A stretch of 64,000 nucleotides of DNA. Source: Eubacteriales bacterium. Lineage in GTDB: Bacteria; Bacillota; Clostridia; Oscillospirales; CAG-382. Made by a program: the position numbers and the translations under genes. Of this stretch, positions 26,966 to 36,054 are shown piece by piece (position 1 is the stretch's first letter; every line of letters starts with the position of its first letter). The notes under the pieces were generated by a model. That model was not told the origin of the DNA. It did no database searches and was given only the letters and a program-made list of their open reading frames with translations. The stretch lies in contig JAZSRP010000049.1 of NCBI GenBank assembly GCA_045538555.1, positions 65,476 to 129,475 on the forward strand, written 5' to 3'.

Positions 26966-28051
26966 TTATTTGTTGAGTTTTTCAAAAATCTCGCACAGCT
27001 GTTTTCGGGATGAAACACCGAGCTTTCCGTAAATGTTTTTGTTGTGAAATTTCAGTGTGTTTTCTTTGATGTTCAGCTCAGCCATGATTTCTTTTGTAGA
27101 TTTGCCTTGAATATAATAATTAAAAATAATTCTTTCGGTGAGTGTCAGCTCACTGATTCCCGCTTCAAACTGAAGTTCTTTTTCGGTCAAAGTATTATTA
27201 TTGCTCACGCCCGGCATTTCGTGAATGTGAGAATCCTTGAGTGTATCTGCGGCAGTCAGCTGGGATTGGTGTGAGTCGGTGGCGGGCATGGGTGTTTTTG
27301 GCTGCTGTACCGAAACTACCAGATCAATCCCCAGCAAAAACATTTCGCTGATTATGTACGAGACCGACAGCATTTCAAAATCCATGCTGACCATTTGCTC
27401 AATAAACCATACACCGATGTTAACAAAAACAGCGGCAGCAATTATGACGGCGTGCTCGTGGGAGTGGAACAGCTTTTTCTTTGCGGAATAAGCAATGGCA
27501 CAAAGCATTGATGAAAAAAGGAACAGCAAATAGAAAAGATATATGACGTGCCAGCTGCCATAGATCTTTCTCAGAACCGTTGAACCGTTTACGAATTCAA
27601 GAAAAACTTGTTTGTAATAAATATCCGAGTATCCCGGGGAAGCGGCAATTAGAAAAATAACAATTCCCAGTGAAACAAAAACATACGGAATCCATTTTTT
27701 GTAACCGATTCTCGTAACCCGAAGTACAATAAAAAGCATAGAGATAGGCAGGAATACCGACCCGAGATAAGAGACGCGGTTTGCGGTCAGAGCGCCTTCT
27801 ATCGTGGAGGAGATCGACAAAACGTAGTATCCGGTATTTACCACAAGCACCGAAAGAAAAAGCACAAAGAACCAAGCATCAAATTTTCGTGCCAAAAAGC
27901 AGTAACAAACCAACATAAAAAAGGACAGTATCGCCATAGCGGCATAAACGGTGGAGATACTTGCGGTTTTGTCGGAGAAGGTACTGCACCCTCCCAAAAA
28001 AGCGCACAGGATCACAATAAACCCCATTGCAAAAGCTCTCAAACTTTTCAA
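26966..28051 (-). CDS. membrane-embedded LuxR-family transcriptional regulator
   Basis: About 7 N-terminal TM helices. The C-terminal LuxR/GerE HTH reads [43 protein letters not shown]. Confidence 0.8.
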   Translation of the reverse strand: MKSLRAFAMGFIVILCAFLGGCSTFSDKTASISTVYAAMAILSFFMLVCYCFLARKFDAWFFVLFLSVLVVNTGYYVLSISSTIEGALTANRVSYLGSVFLPISMLFIVLRVTRIGYKKWIPYVFVSLGIVIFLIAASPGYSDIYYKQVFLEFVNGSTVLRKIYGSWHVIYLFYLLFLFSSMLCAIAYSAKKKLFHSHEHAVIIAAAVFVNIGVWFIEQMVSMDFEMLSVSYIISEMFLLGIDLVVSVQQPKTPMPATDSHQSQLTAADTLKDSHIHEMPGVSNNNTLTEKELQFEAGISELTLTERIIFNYYIQGKSTKEIMAELNIKENTLKFHNKNIYGKLGVSSRKQLCEIFEKLNK

Positions 28052-28394
28052 ATCAATACCTCAAAAAACAAAGTTGTGATTGCTATCAAAAAAGCAAAAA
28101 CAACATCAAGCCACACCGGTTCCCACACCAAAAAGGGCAAAAACATCGTGCATCCCACACTTTTTATCAAAAAAGTGTGGTGACATCGGCTCAAAAAACG
28201 GTTATTATAAAAGTGTGGTATCGTAGGGATATTTTATGCTTGAACACAAAAATCCACACAAAACAATTATATCACTGTTTTGTGTTTTGTCAATATTTGC
28301 AATTTACAATTTGTACACAAAAAAACAAAAAAAACATAAAAACAATAATTTACAATAAAACAAATCAACTTTTATCATTTGGGAGGAGACCAAA

Positions 28395-28850
28395 ATGAGT
28401 TTTGTAGGAAACTGGAAATTTCATTCCATCGCCACGATGAACGATGACGGAGTGGTGTATTTAACAGCACAGGAGTATCTTGACAGCACTATGCCTTATA
28501 TTGATGAAAACGATGAAGAAGCGGTGGCGGACGAGCTCAAGGAACGCCGCGGCATGATCAATATGAAACTGAAGGTATGTGACGACGGCAAGCTGTATTG
28601 CCTGATGCCCCTTCCCGAGGGAGTAACTCAGGAGGAGGTTGATGCGGCTGTCAAGGAAGGCCAGATCACACTCATGGACGGAATGATATGCGGCGAGCCA
28701 ATGGAGTGGGAGGACCGTGACGGTCAGCTTTGGTTCAACAGCGGCATTGAGGGTGAGTTCATGGGAGAAAAGGCAGACCCCTGGCTCAATGCTTCACAGG
28801 ATGAGGGATTTGTCACTTTCATGACAACAAGGTTTGTAAAAGAAGATTGA
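28395..28850 (+). CDS. hypothetical protein
   Basis: 151-aa ORF with GGGAGGAG upstream. No recognisable motif. Confidence 0.65.
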   Translation: MSFVGNWKFHSIATMNDDGVVYLTAQEYLDSTMPYIDENDEEAVADELKERRGMINMKLKVCDDGKLYCLMPLPEGVTQEEVDAAVKEGQITLMDGMICGEPMEWEDRDGQLWFNSGIEGEFMGEKADPWLNASQDEGFVTFMTTRFVKED

Positions 28851-28900
28851 GTATTTTTTCACACTTGTTCATAAAAAAATCTTATTAAAAGGAGATAGAA

Positions 28901-29500
28901 ATGGGACTTTTTGATTCATTGAAAAATATGGCAGTCAACATTGTAAAAAAAGAGGCAAGAGAAGCAGTCAACGATGCTGTCAAGAATGTCGGAAAGGGCA
29001 AGAACCGTTCAGAGAGCTTTTCTTTTGCCGCGCTTCCCGCAAACCTTGCGGAGATGCAGCAGCTTCCCGAGGCAAAGCTTGACTCTGCGTTCAAAACAAC
29101 CGCACTTGTTATGGCGGCGCTTTGCCGTTATCCCGATGATCCCGATGCGGCAATTGAGATGCTCAACTGGCTCAAGGGCCCCGAGGATCTCAGCACCTAT
29201 GAAAAGGGCTTTATCAAAGAGCGTCTTACAAAAATGAAGTACATCCCCCTTTCTTATTTCAAGGGTGCAACTCCCGAGAACGGATACGTTCCCTCTGTAC
29301 CCTACACCATCAGCGTGTACGAGAATCCCTATTCCTTTGACAACGACGGCTGGGCAACCATGTGGGTTGAGAGCAGCGGAGCAGATAACAAGAGACAGAT
29401 CAAGCTTCGTCAAAAGAAATCCACCAACCAATGGTTCCTCAATGATATCCAGTGCCTGTCAGAGATCCGCATCCCTGTGGCAGAGGATGTCTGGGCATAA
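28901..29500 (+). CDS. hypothetical protein
   Basis: 199-aa ORF with AAAGGAG upstream. No recognisable motif. Confidence 0.65.
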   Translation: MGLFDSLKNMAVNIVKKEAREAVNDAVKNVGKGKNRSESFSFAALPANLAEMQQLPEAKLDSAFKTTALVMAALCRYPDDPDAAIEMLNWLKGPEDLSTYEKGFIKERLTKMKYIPLSYFKGATPENGYVPSVPYTISVYENPYSFDNDGWATMWVESSGADNKRQIKLRQKKSTNQWFLNDIQCLSEIRIPVAEDVWA

Positions 29501-29517
29501 GGTATTTAGTACTTCGA

Positions 29518-29790
29518 ATGGAACACACAAGCATTATCGGTTCTTGGGAAGCGGAGTCCTGGCAGGGAGCGATCTATACCTTTGAAACAAACGGAAGAGG
29601 TGCATATACCTTTTGGGGAGCGTCAAAGGGCTTTTCTTACAAGGATGACGGCACTGCGGTAGAATTGCAGTATGACGGCGATTTTATGGCAAGTATACAC
29701 AAATACAGGATCGAGGATTCAAAGCTGATCATTGATGACAGCTTTGGAATGCCCGTGACCTATTTGCGGATCTTTCCCACGGATTGCTGA
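29518..29790 (+). CDS. hypothetical small protein
   Basis: ORF 29452..29790 trimmed to MEHTSIIGSW. The RBS is weak. Confidence 0.45.
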   Translation: MEHTSIIGSWEAESWQGAIYTFETNGRGAYTFWGASKGFSYKDDGTAVELQYDGDFMASIHKYRIEDSKLIIDDSFGMPVTYLRIFPTDC

Positions 29791-29815
29791 ACCGTACAAA
29801 AACAGAATCACAAAA

Positions 29816-29853
29816 ACCTGTTGTTTTGACCTTGTCAAACAACGGGTTTTTTG
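29816..29853 (+). terminator. intrinsic terminator
   Basis: CCTGTTGTTTTGAC pairs with GTCAAACAACGGG (one bulge), then TTTTTT. Confidence 0.8.
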
Positions 29854-30023
29854 TGTGAAAAGTAAAAATGACCGTTAGGGTATTGGACATTTTGACCAAA
29901 CAATTAAAAAAAGCTTTGCTCGCTATGTTACTTTCGGAAAAAATGCAAAACCCCTATTGTTTTTTTGAAAAAACGGGAGTAAAATACGTCGCTCAAATCA
30001 ATTTGGCAAGGAAAAGGGAAGAC

Positions 30024-31307
30024 ATGAAATTTTTTAGACCAAAGCTTCTTGACGTTTTTAAAGGATATTCAAAAAAACAGCTCGTGTCTGACATTGTGGC
30101 AGGCGTTATAGTTGCCGTCATTGCCCTTCCGCTGTCGATCGCACTTGCGATCGCATCCGGCGTCTCTCCCGAGAGAGGGTTGTATACGGCAATCGTCGCC
30201 GGTTTTGCTATATCGGCATTGGGCGGAAGCCGTGTCAATATCTCAGGCCCCACGGCGGCGTTTGCCGCCATTGTTGCGGGCATTGTTGCTGAGCATGGAG
30301 TGGGCGGTCTTGCGGTTGCAACTCTCATGGCGGGTGGAATTTTGGTGCTCATGGGGATTTTGTGTCTGGGCTCGCTGATAAAATATATTCCCGAATCAAT
30401 AACAGTGGGATTTACATCGGGCATCGCCGTGACCATTGTTATCGGGCAAATCAAGGATTTTTTTGGTCTGACCTTTGCGTCGGGCACCAATGCCGTGGAA
30501 ACAACAGAAAAAATTGAGGCAATTGCAAGCTCTGTTTCCACAACAAACCTTATGGCCGTGCTGGTGGGGGTTTCGGCTTTTTTGATCTTGATTGTTTGGC
30601 CAAAAATAAACAAAAAGATTCCCGGATCACTGGTGGCGGTTGTTGTGCTTACCGTGGTGGTTGCCGTTTCAAGGATTCGTGTAAACACTATTGGTGATTT
30701 GTATTCCATCAGTGCATCACTTCCCGTATTGTCACTTCCTGATTTTTCTGCGTCAAACATTATGGAACTGATACCAAGTGCATTTACCATCGCAATTCTT
30801 GCTGCGATCGAGTCGTTGCTTTCCTGCGTGGTATCGGACAAGATGATAGATGATGCTCACAACTCAAATACAGAGCTTATTGCACAGGGTACAGGCAACA
30901 TATGCTCAGCGCTCTTTGGCGGGATCCCCGCAACGGGAGCAATAGCAAGAACTGCGGCAAACGTAAAAAACGGAGGCAGATCTCCTGTTTCCGGAATGGT
31001 GCATGCCGTCGTGCTGTTGTTGGTTCTTTTGGTTCTCATGACGTATGCGGTATGGATCCCAATGCCCGTGATTGCCGCTGTGCTGTTTGTGGTGGCATAC
31101 AATATGAGCGAGTGGCGTCATTTTGTTTCAATATGCAAAAAAGCGCCCCTGTGTGAAACGACAGTGCTTTTGCTGACCTTTGTTCTCACAGTGGTTTTTG
31201 ATCTTGTGGTGGCAATAGCGGTTGGACTATCAGTGTATTATTTTGTTGTTCTTGGGAAGAAAATACTTAATAGACATTCAAGAAAAATGTCTGCATATAA
31301 TGAATAA
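30024..31307 (+). CDS. SulP family inorganic anion transporter, no STAS domain
   Basis: Trimmed to MKFFRPKLLDVFKGYSKKQLVSDIVAG, a typical SulP N-terminus. The protein ends shortly after the last TM helix. Confidence 0.85.
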   Translation: MKFFRPKLLDVFKGYSKKQLVSDIVAGVIVAVIALPLSIALAIASGVSPERGLYTAIVAGFAISALGGSRVNISGPTAAFAAIVAGIVAEHGVGGLAVATLMAGGILVLMGILCLGSLIKYIPESITVGFTSGIAVTIVIGQIKDFFGLTFASGTNAVETTEKIEAIASSVSTTNLMAVLVGVSAFLILIVWPKINKKIPGSLVAVVVLTVVVAVSRIRVNTIGDLYSISASLPVLSLPDFSASNIMELIPSAFTIAILAAIESLLSCVVSDKMIDDAHNSNTELIAQGTGNICSALFGGIPATGAIARTAANVKNGGRSPVSGMVHAVVLLLVLLVLMTYAVWIPMPVIAAVLFVVAYNMSEWRHFVSICKKAPLCETTVLLLTFVLTVVFDLVVAIAVGLSVYYFVVLGKKILNRHSRKMSAYNE

Positions 31308-31461
31308 GAAACAAGCCCGGGCAACACAAAATTGCTTGGGCTTTGTTGTTGCAAAAAGATCTGCGGGTAGTAAAATAATTATAATGGGCTTTTTTGCGAA
31401 TTATAACAAATTCAACACAATTTCGGTACATAATAAAGTATTCGGAACATCGGAGGTACAA

Positions 31462-32109
31462 ATGGCAAGAATATTGATAGCAGAAGACGAAACTCCCATC
31501 AGAAAGCTTTTGATAAAAAACCTTGAGCTTGTAGGGCACACCTGCACAGGTACAGCCGACGGACCGGGAGCGTTGGAGTTGATGAGCAGCCAAAAATTTG
31601 ATCTTTTGATACTTGATATTATGCTTCCTGTAATCTCGGGTTTTGAACTGATAAATCACGCTGACGGAATGCCGGTGATTTTTGTGACAGCAAAAGAGGG
31701 AATTTCGGACAGACTGAAGGGCTTGTCCCTGGGAGCAGATGACTATATAGTCAAGCCATTTGAAATGCAGGAATTGCTGCTTCGGGTCCGTGCGGTGCTG
31801 CGCAGAACAAAAAAAGATGAAAAAATCCTTTGCTTTGATGAGATTAAAGTGGATTTTGAAGCAAAAAAGGTGTTTTTGGCAGGCAAAGAGGTACTTCTTA
31901 CTCCAAAAGAGTATCTTTTGCTAGAAACGTTGATACTCAACAGAAATATCGCCCTGTCCCGAGAAAAACTCATTTCCCTTGTGTGGGGATACGATTATGA
32001 GGGGGATACACGCACCGTTGATGTGCACGTGCGTCAGATCCGTGCCAAACTGGGCATATCAGGCCGTCTCAAAACACTTTACAAAATGGGGTACAGGTTT
32101 GAGCTATGA
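31462..32109 (+). CDS. OmpR-family response regulator
   Basis: Trimmed to MARILIAEDE with GGAGG upstream. Receiver domain (DLLILDIMLP) plus a winged-helix trans_reg_C domain. Confidence 0.9.
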   Translation: MARILIAEDETPIRKLLIKNLELVGHTCTGTADGPGALELMSSQKFDLLILDIMLPVISGFELINHADGMPVIFVTAKEGISDRLKGLSLGADDYIVKPFEMQELLLRVRAVLRRTKKDEKILCFDEIKVDFEAKKVFLAGKEVLLTPKEYLLLETLILNRNIALSREKLISLVWGYDYEGDTRTVDVHVRQIRAKLGISGRLKTLYKMGYRFEL

Positions 32110-33476
32110 AATTGAAATTTCGTGAAAAAACATTCCTTGCCACTCTTTTTCTGTTTCTGTTGTTTTTCAATGCGGGATTATTCTCGCTTGCGTATTATAC
32201 CTTCCATACAAATGCCAAGGCAGAGGAGGGGGTGTGCCTGACGGGACATCAGGTTATTGCAGAATCCATAGAAAAAGAGCTTGAGTATAAAAAATACGGA
32301 AAAAAGACCGATGAGCATACGATTCTTGCCACATACGGCACTTTTTATAAAGATGATGGGCTGTTTTTCCGCTTGGAAAGAGACGGACAGACCATATACT
32401 CCGGTCTGCCCGATGGGTTGACAGCGCCTCTGTGTGGATATTCGGCAACCAGACGTGCCGACGGCAAAAGATATTTCTTGATAACTTCTGAGATATATGG
32501 CGGCAACTATGTTTTCACCTATGCAAAAGACGTCAGTTACCTTGATGAGGATTTCAAAAAAATGGCAACGGTCTTTGGTATATCGTCGCTGGGGGCATCG
32601 GTGCTGCTTGCGGCTGTCTTGTTTTTTGTTTTGCGCCGCCTGTCCTATCCGCTTGAAAAGCTCAGCAGCGCAACAAAAATGATTGCCGACGGCAATTACA
32701 AGACACGTGCGGATGAAACCGGAAACGACGAGTTTTCGTCCCTTGCCACGGATTTTAACCGAATGGCAGAGCACATTGACCGTCAGGTATGTATGCTGGA
32801 AGAAAATTCAAAAACAAAACAGAGCATGCTGGACAACCTTGCCCACGAAATGCGTACACCGCTAACCTCAATACGCGGGTATGCAGAGTACCTATTAAAT
32901 GCCAATGTTGAAGAATCCGAAAAGATGGAGGCAGCAGAATATATCATCAGTGAGTCTGAACGCCTCAAGCAGATTGGCGAACGTATACTGGATGAATCGT
33001 TTATACGAGAAAACGGAATAGCGGCAGAGCGATGCGATTTGGGTATCGTTGTGTACAACGTTACAAAATCACTTGCACCCATCGCTTCAATGGAAGGAGT
33101 TGCGCTTCGTGCGGAGGGGAAATCCGTATTTGCACAATGCGATCCCTTGCTGGCTGAAATGCTTTTGTCAAATCTTGCAGACAACGCAATCAAGGCATGC
33201 AGAGGGCAGGGAAGCGTGACGGTGGGATGCATGGGGGATGAATCGGGAGCCACACTGTTTGTCAAAGATACCGGAATCGGTATGACGGAGGAACAGCTTG
33301 CCAGAGTAACAGAGCCCTTTTATCGCACGGATTCTTCTCGTTCCCGAAACAGGGGAGGAAACGGACTGGGACTGTCACTTTGCGACCGTATTGCCAAAGC
33401 GCACGGAACCTGCCTGCACTTTAAATCCGCTTTAAACAAAGGCACTTCGGTCTCAGTAACTTTTACAAATCCCTAA
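32106..33476 (+). CDS. sensor histidine kinase (2 TM, HAMP, HisKA, HATPase_c)
   Basis: ATGA overlap with the regulator gene. H-box LAHEMRTPLTSIRGY, plus N-box and G-box (DTGIGM, GGNGLGLS). Confidence 0.9.
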   Translation: MKLKFREKTFLATLFLFLLFFNAGLFSLAYYTFHTNAKAEEGVCLTGHQVIAESIEKELEYKKYGKKTDEHTILATYGTFYKDDGLFFRLERDGQTIYSGLPDGLTAPLCGYSATRRADGKRYFLITSEIYGGNYVFTYAKDVSYLDEDFKKMATVFGISSLGASVLLAAVLFFVLRRLSYPLEKLSSATKMIADGNYKTRADETGNDEFSSLATDFNRMAEHIDRQVCMLEENSKTKQSMLDNLAHEMRTPLTSIRGYAEYLLNANVEESEKMEAAEYIISESERLKQIGERILDESFIRENGIAAERCDLGIVVYNVTKSLAPIASMEGVALRAEGKSVFAQCDPLLAEMLLSNLADNAIKACRGQGSVTVGCMGDESGATLFVKDTGIGMTEEQLARVTEPFYRTDSSRSRNRGGNGLGLSLCDRIAKAHGTCLHFKSALNKGTSVSVTFTNP

Positions 33477-33540
33477 TATTTTCCAAACAGATTCCGAACA
33501 AGCGGAGGGTAGACTCCCTTTACAGAAAGGAGGAATGAAA

Positions 33541-34401
33541 ATGAAAAAACAAACATTGATGCTGATGACGGCAATAATAATTACAGTTGCCGTACTTGCA
33601 TTGACTGCCGGAATGACGCTGCTACACATCTCTGCTGTGGGCGAATCTCCTTTGGAAGACCGCACCTCGGTTCCTGAGGTGGTGCAGGAGGATACCGCTG
33701 CAGACGATCAGAGTGACTCTGCTGCTGATACTTCAGATGTTTGTGAGGAAACACCGGAGGAAGAAGTTCCGGAAGAAGAAGCTCCGGAAGCAGATATCTC
33801 AGCATCGCAAGAGGATTCTGCCCCCAACGGTTTTGAGTATCCCGAGTACGAATATGTTGCGGGAGATGCCAGAGAGGTGTATGTCGGGGGCGGCGAGGAT
33901 GTGAGCAAGGGCGTTGTAATTGACGTTTATTCACATCAGACCGGAAAACTCGTTGGACAGCTGGCATTCAGATCCCAGGAGATCGTGGCGTATATCAGCA
34001 GTCTGGTGCGTGAGACATTTGATCCTGCAAAAGAGCTGTGGATAGACAGAGATGCAGAGGTATGCCAAAATCTTCCCATGGGAGACTACCGCATTGAGGT
34101 CTACGCAGGCACCTGGTTCTCATATACCTATGGAAACGGAGATATGTTTGAGTTGACGCAATGTACCCTCACATTTGCAGGCGGAGAAAAACTCAACGGT
34201 TACATTGATTATCTCATCGCAGACCTTATTGCGGGCATTGAGTCCGGTGAGGTTGCGCCCCCTGCGCCCGAAATGGCAGTATCAAAGCTTTTGTACAGAG
34301 GGCTCGAGGGCTACTGGGAAGGTTATTATGTTGAGGAAATAAACCATTATGTGCCTGCGGCAGGCAGGTTCAACGAGAGATTCCCGTATGTGGCGGAATA
34401 A
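33541..34401 (+). CDS. membrane-anchored hypothetical protein with acidic linker
   Basis: The second ATG is chosen because GGAGG lies 7 nt upstream. N-terminal TM helix, then an E/D-rich tract. Confidence 0.6.
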   Translation: MKKQTLMLMTAIIITVAVLALTAGMTLLHISAVGESPLEDRTSVPEVVQEDTAADDQSDSAADTSDVCEETPEEEVPEEEAPEADISASQEDSAPNGFEYPEYEYVAGDAREVYVGGGEDVSKGVVIDVYSHQTGKLVGQLAFRSQEIVAYISSLVRETFDPAKELWIDRDAEVCQNLPMGDYRIEVYAGTWFSYTYGNGDMFELTQCTLTFAGGEKLNGYIDYLIADLIAGIESGEVAPPAPEMAVSKLLYRGLEGYWEGYYVEEINHYVPAAGRFNERFPYVAE

Positions 34402-34453
34402 AAGAACAAACACAATAACAAAGCCGTAAAATCGATTCGATACTCCTTATACC

Positions 34454-34500
34454 AAAAAATGCAGACTTGCTGATTGTCGTCAGCGGTCTGCATTTTTTTG
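34454..34500 (+). terminator. intrinsic terminator
   Basis: ATGCAGAC (34459-34466) pairs with GTCTGCAT (34487-34494), then TTTTTTT. Confidence 0.8.
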
Positions 34501-34888
34501 ATGCGTTGATATAAAAAGGGAGATATAACTGAACATTCACCCGGCCCACCGCATTTTAGCAGTATCTTTTTTCGCTTTGCATAGAAAAACCGCTTTTTGT
34601 CTTATAACAATTCTAATCTCTATTATCCAAAAACGACAATTTGAGAGAAGAGAGAAGTACCAAGAGTGAAAAGAAAAAAGTACAAAAAGAAAACGACAAT
34701 CTTCTGTCGAAAATTGCCGTTTTTGTCTATGGGCTACAAAAAAGATATTTTTGCTTGCGCAAAAGTGATATAACTTCACTTCGTTCCGCAGTGATATTAT
34801 TTCGCCCATTACTCGCGAAGCGAATACCACTCGGCGAAAGCCGAATATCACTGCTAAGCAATACAACTCGCCACAGGCGAATATAACT

Positions 34889-34924
34889 GAAAACGACAAG
34901 TTTCGAAAGAAACTTGTCGTTTTC
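34889..34924 (-). terminator. 15-bp perfect hairpin directly 3' of the displaced tRNA-Leu end (probable original tRNA terminator)
   Basis: GAAAACGACAAGTTT (34889-34903) pairs with AAACTTGTCGTTTTC (34910-34924). Confidence 0.6.
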
Positions 34925-34978
34925 TGGTGCGGGTGACAGGACTTGGACCTGCACAACATTGCTGCCACTAGAACCTGA
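34925..34978. repeat. attL-like direct repeat: partial copy of the tRNA-Leu 3' end
   Basis: 54 nt identical to 54281-54334 except 34946 (G versus A). The mismatch disrupts the T-loop TTC. Confidence 0.9.
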
Positions 34979-35286
34979 TGGTGATGCCACCTTGTTGTAA
35001 TATTTTCGAGATAATGTTATAAGAACAAAAAATGTATTGATTCTTCATTCTATCTTTTGCACCACCCAAGGAACCGATATAATAGTCTTCCCAAATTGCT
35101 ATAACAGAAATAGAGCCATCGAATAATGATTCATCGGAAAAATAACGCACGGTAGGCTTTCCTAAGTTATAGGATACCGCAATAACAATTGCTGCTTGAT
35201 TTCTTCTTCCTTGCTCAGTTCATAGGAAATCTGTCAAACGCAGCATGTCTATTTTTGAACCATATTTGTAGCAGAGCCTGAATACA

Positions 35287-35559
35287 TTAGTTTTCATGCC
35301 CCAACACGCAAACATTTTGACAAATGCTTTCGATATCGTGAGTGATATATGTTGAAAGCAAAGTCGTTTTAGTAAAGCTTATTCTCGACAATAGATTCAA
35401 GAAATAAAGTCGTTCTTCTGGGGCGAGTCTCGTGGTAGGCTCGTCAATTATCAGCAAATCAGGAGAATCTAACATTGTCTGTGCAATTCCGGCTCTGTGA
35501 AACATACCGTCTGGATATTTTCTAAGAAGTCTTTTCTTTTCGTCTTTAAGCCCTACGAT
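35287..35559 (-). pseudogene. ABC transporter ATPase fragment (C-terminal part only)
   Basis: Reads IVGLKDEKKRLLRKYPDGMFHRAGIAQTMLDSPDLLIIDEPT. The signature motif is degenerate (YPDGM), Walker B is present, and there is no Walker A. Confidence 0.7.
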
Positions 35560-35616
35560 TTACACACATTGCTGGGTTTCGTCCAGTCTCTGGCTATTTG
35601 AGAGTATGCGTTTTGA

Positions 35617-35943
35617 AACGCATATATACCCTTGATACCTGATATTGAAAAATTATTTTTTAAAACCAAAAAGCAACAAGAGAGCAACCGAAGAAAGTGC
35701 TGCAAAGCCTACAATAAGGAATTTCTTGATTATGTATGTGTAGACAACATTGGGAATCTTTTATGACCGGATTATGTGGCGCAACTTTCACAGACTATGA
35801 TCAAAATAAACAACTTAAAGCTTCGGTATCACGATTTGCGATACGCTTGTGCTTCGCTACTACTTGCTAACGGTGTATCTTTAAAAGAAATCCAAGAGTG
35901 AATGGTACATTCGAATTTTAGTACTACGGAAAGTATTTCATAA
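35617..35943 (+). pseudogene. tyrosine integrase remnant (C-terminal third, two in-frame TGA stops)
   Basis: The translation YIPLIPDIEKLFFKTKKQQESNRRKCCKAYNKEFLDYVCVDNIGNLL*PDY...LRYHDLRYACASLLLANGVSLKEIQE*MVHSNFSTT aligns by eye with the C-terminus of the intact integrase at 52971..54146. Stops are at 35764-35766 and 35899-35901. Confidence 0.85.
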
Positions 35944-35994
35944 CAACATGGAGTTATAACTCAGTAAGTATAATTGCCAAGAAATCAAGCCTTA

Positions 35995-36023
35995 AGCAAA
36001 AAGGACGGTCAAAAAACCGTCCC
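35995..36023 (-). terminator. intrinsic terminator
   Basis: GGACGG (36003-36008) pairs with CCGTCC (36017-36022), with a T-run on the minus strand. The same stem sequence follows the intact integrase gene. Confidence 0.65.
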
Positions 36024-36054
36024 TAAAACATATAAAAAACTTTATATTTTAAGA

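Noticed and set aside
29993-30841. 282-aa minus-strand ORF
   Set aside because: It is antisense to the SulP transporter gene.
34537-34968. 143-aa ORF, and the similar N-terminus (MAAMLCR.KSCHPH) of ORF 54127..54324
   Set aside because: Both start inside the tRNA-Leu direct repeat read in antisense. The similarity comes from the repeated tRNA sequence, not from a protein family.
34925-34978. A second tRNA-Leu gene
   Set aside because: Only the 3' 54 nt are present, with no 5' acceptor, D or anticodon arms, and the T-loop TTC is mutated to TCC. It is an att-site remnant.
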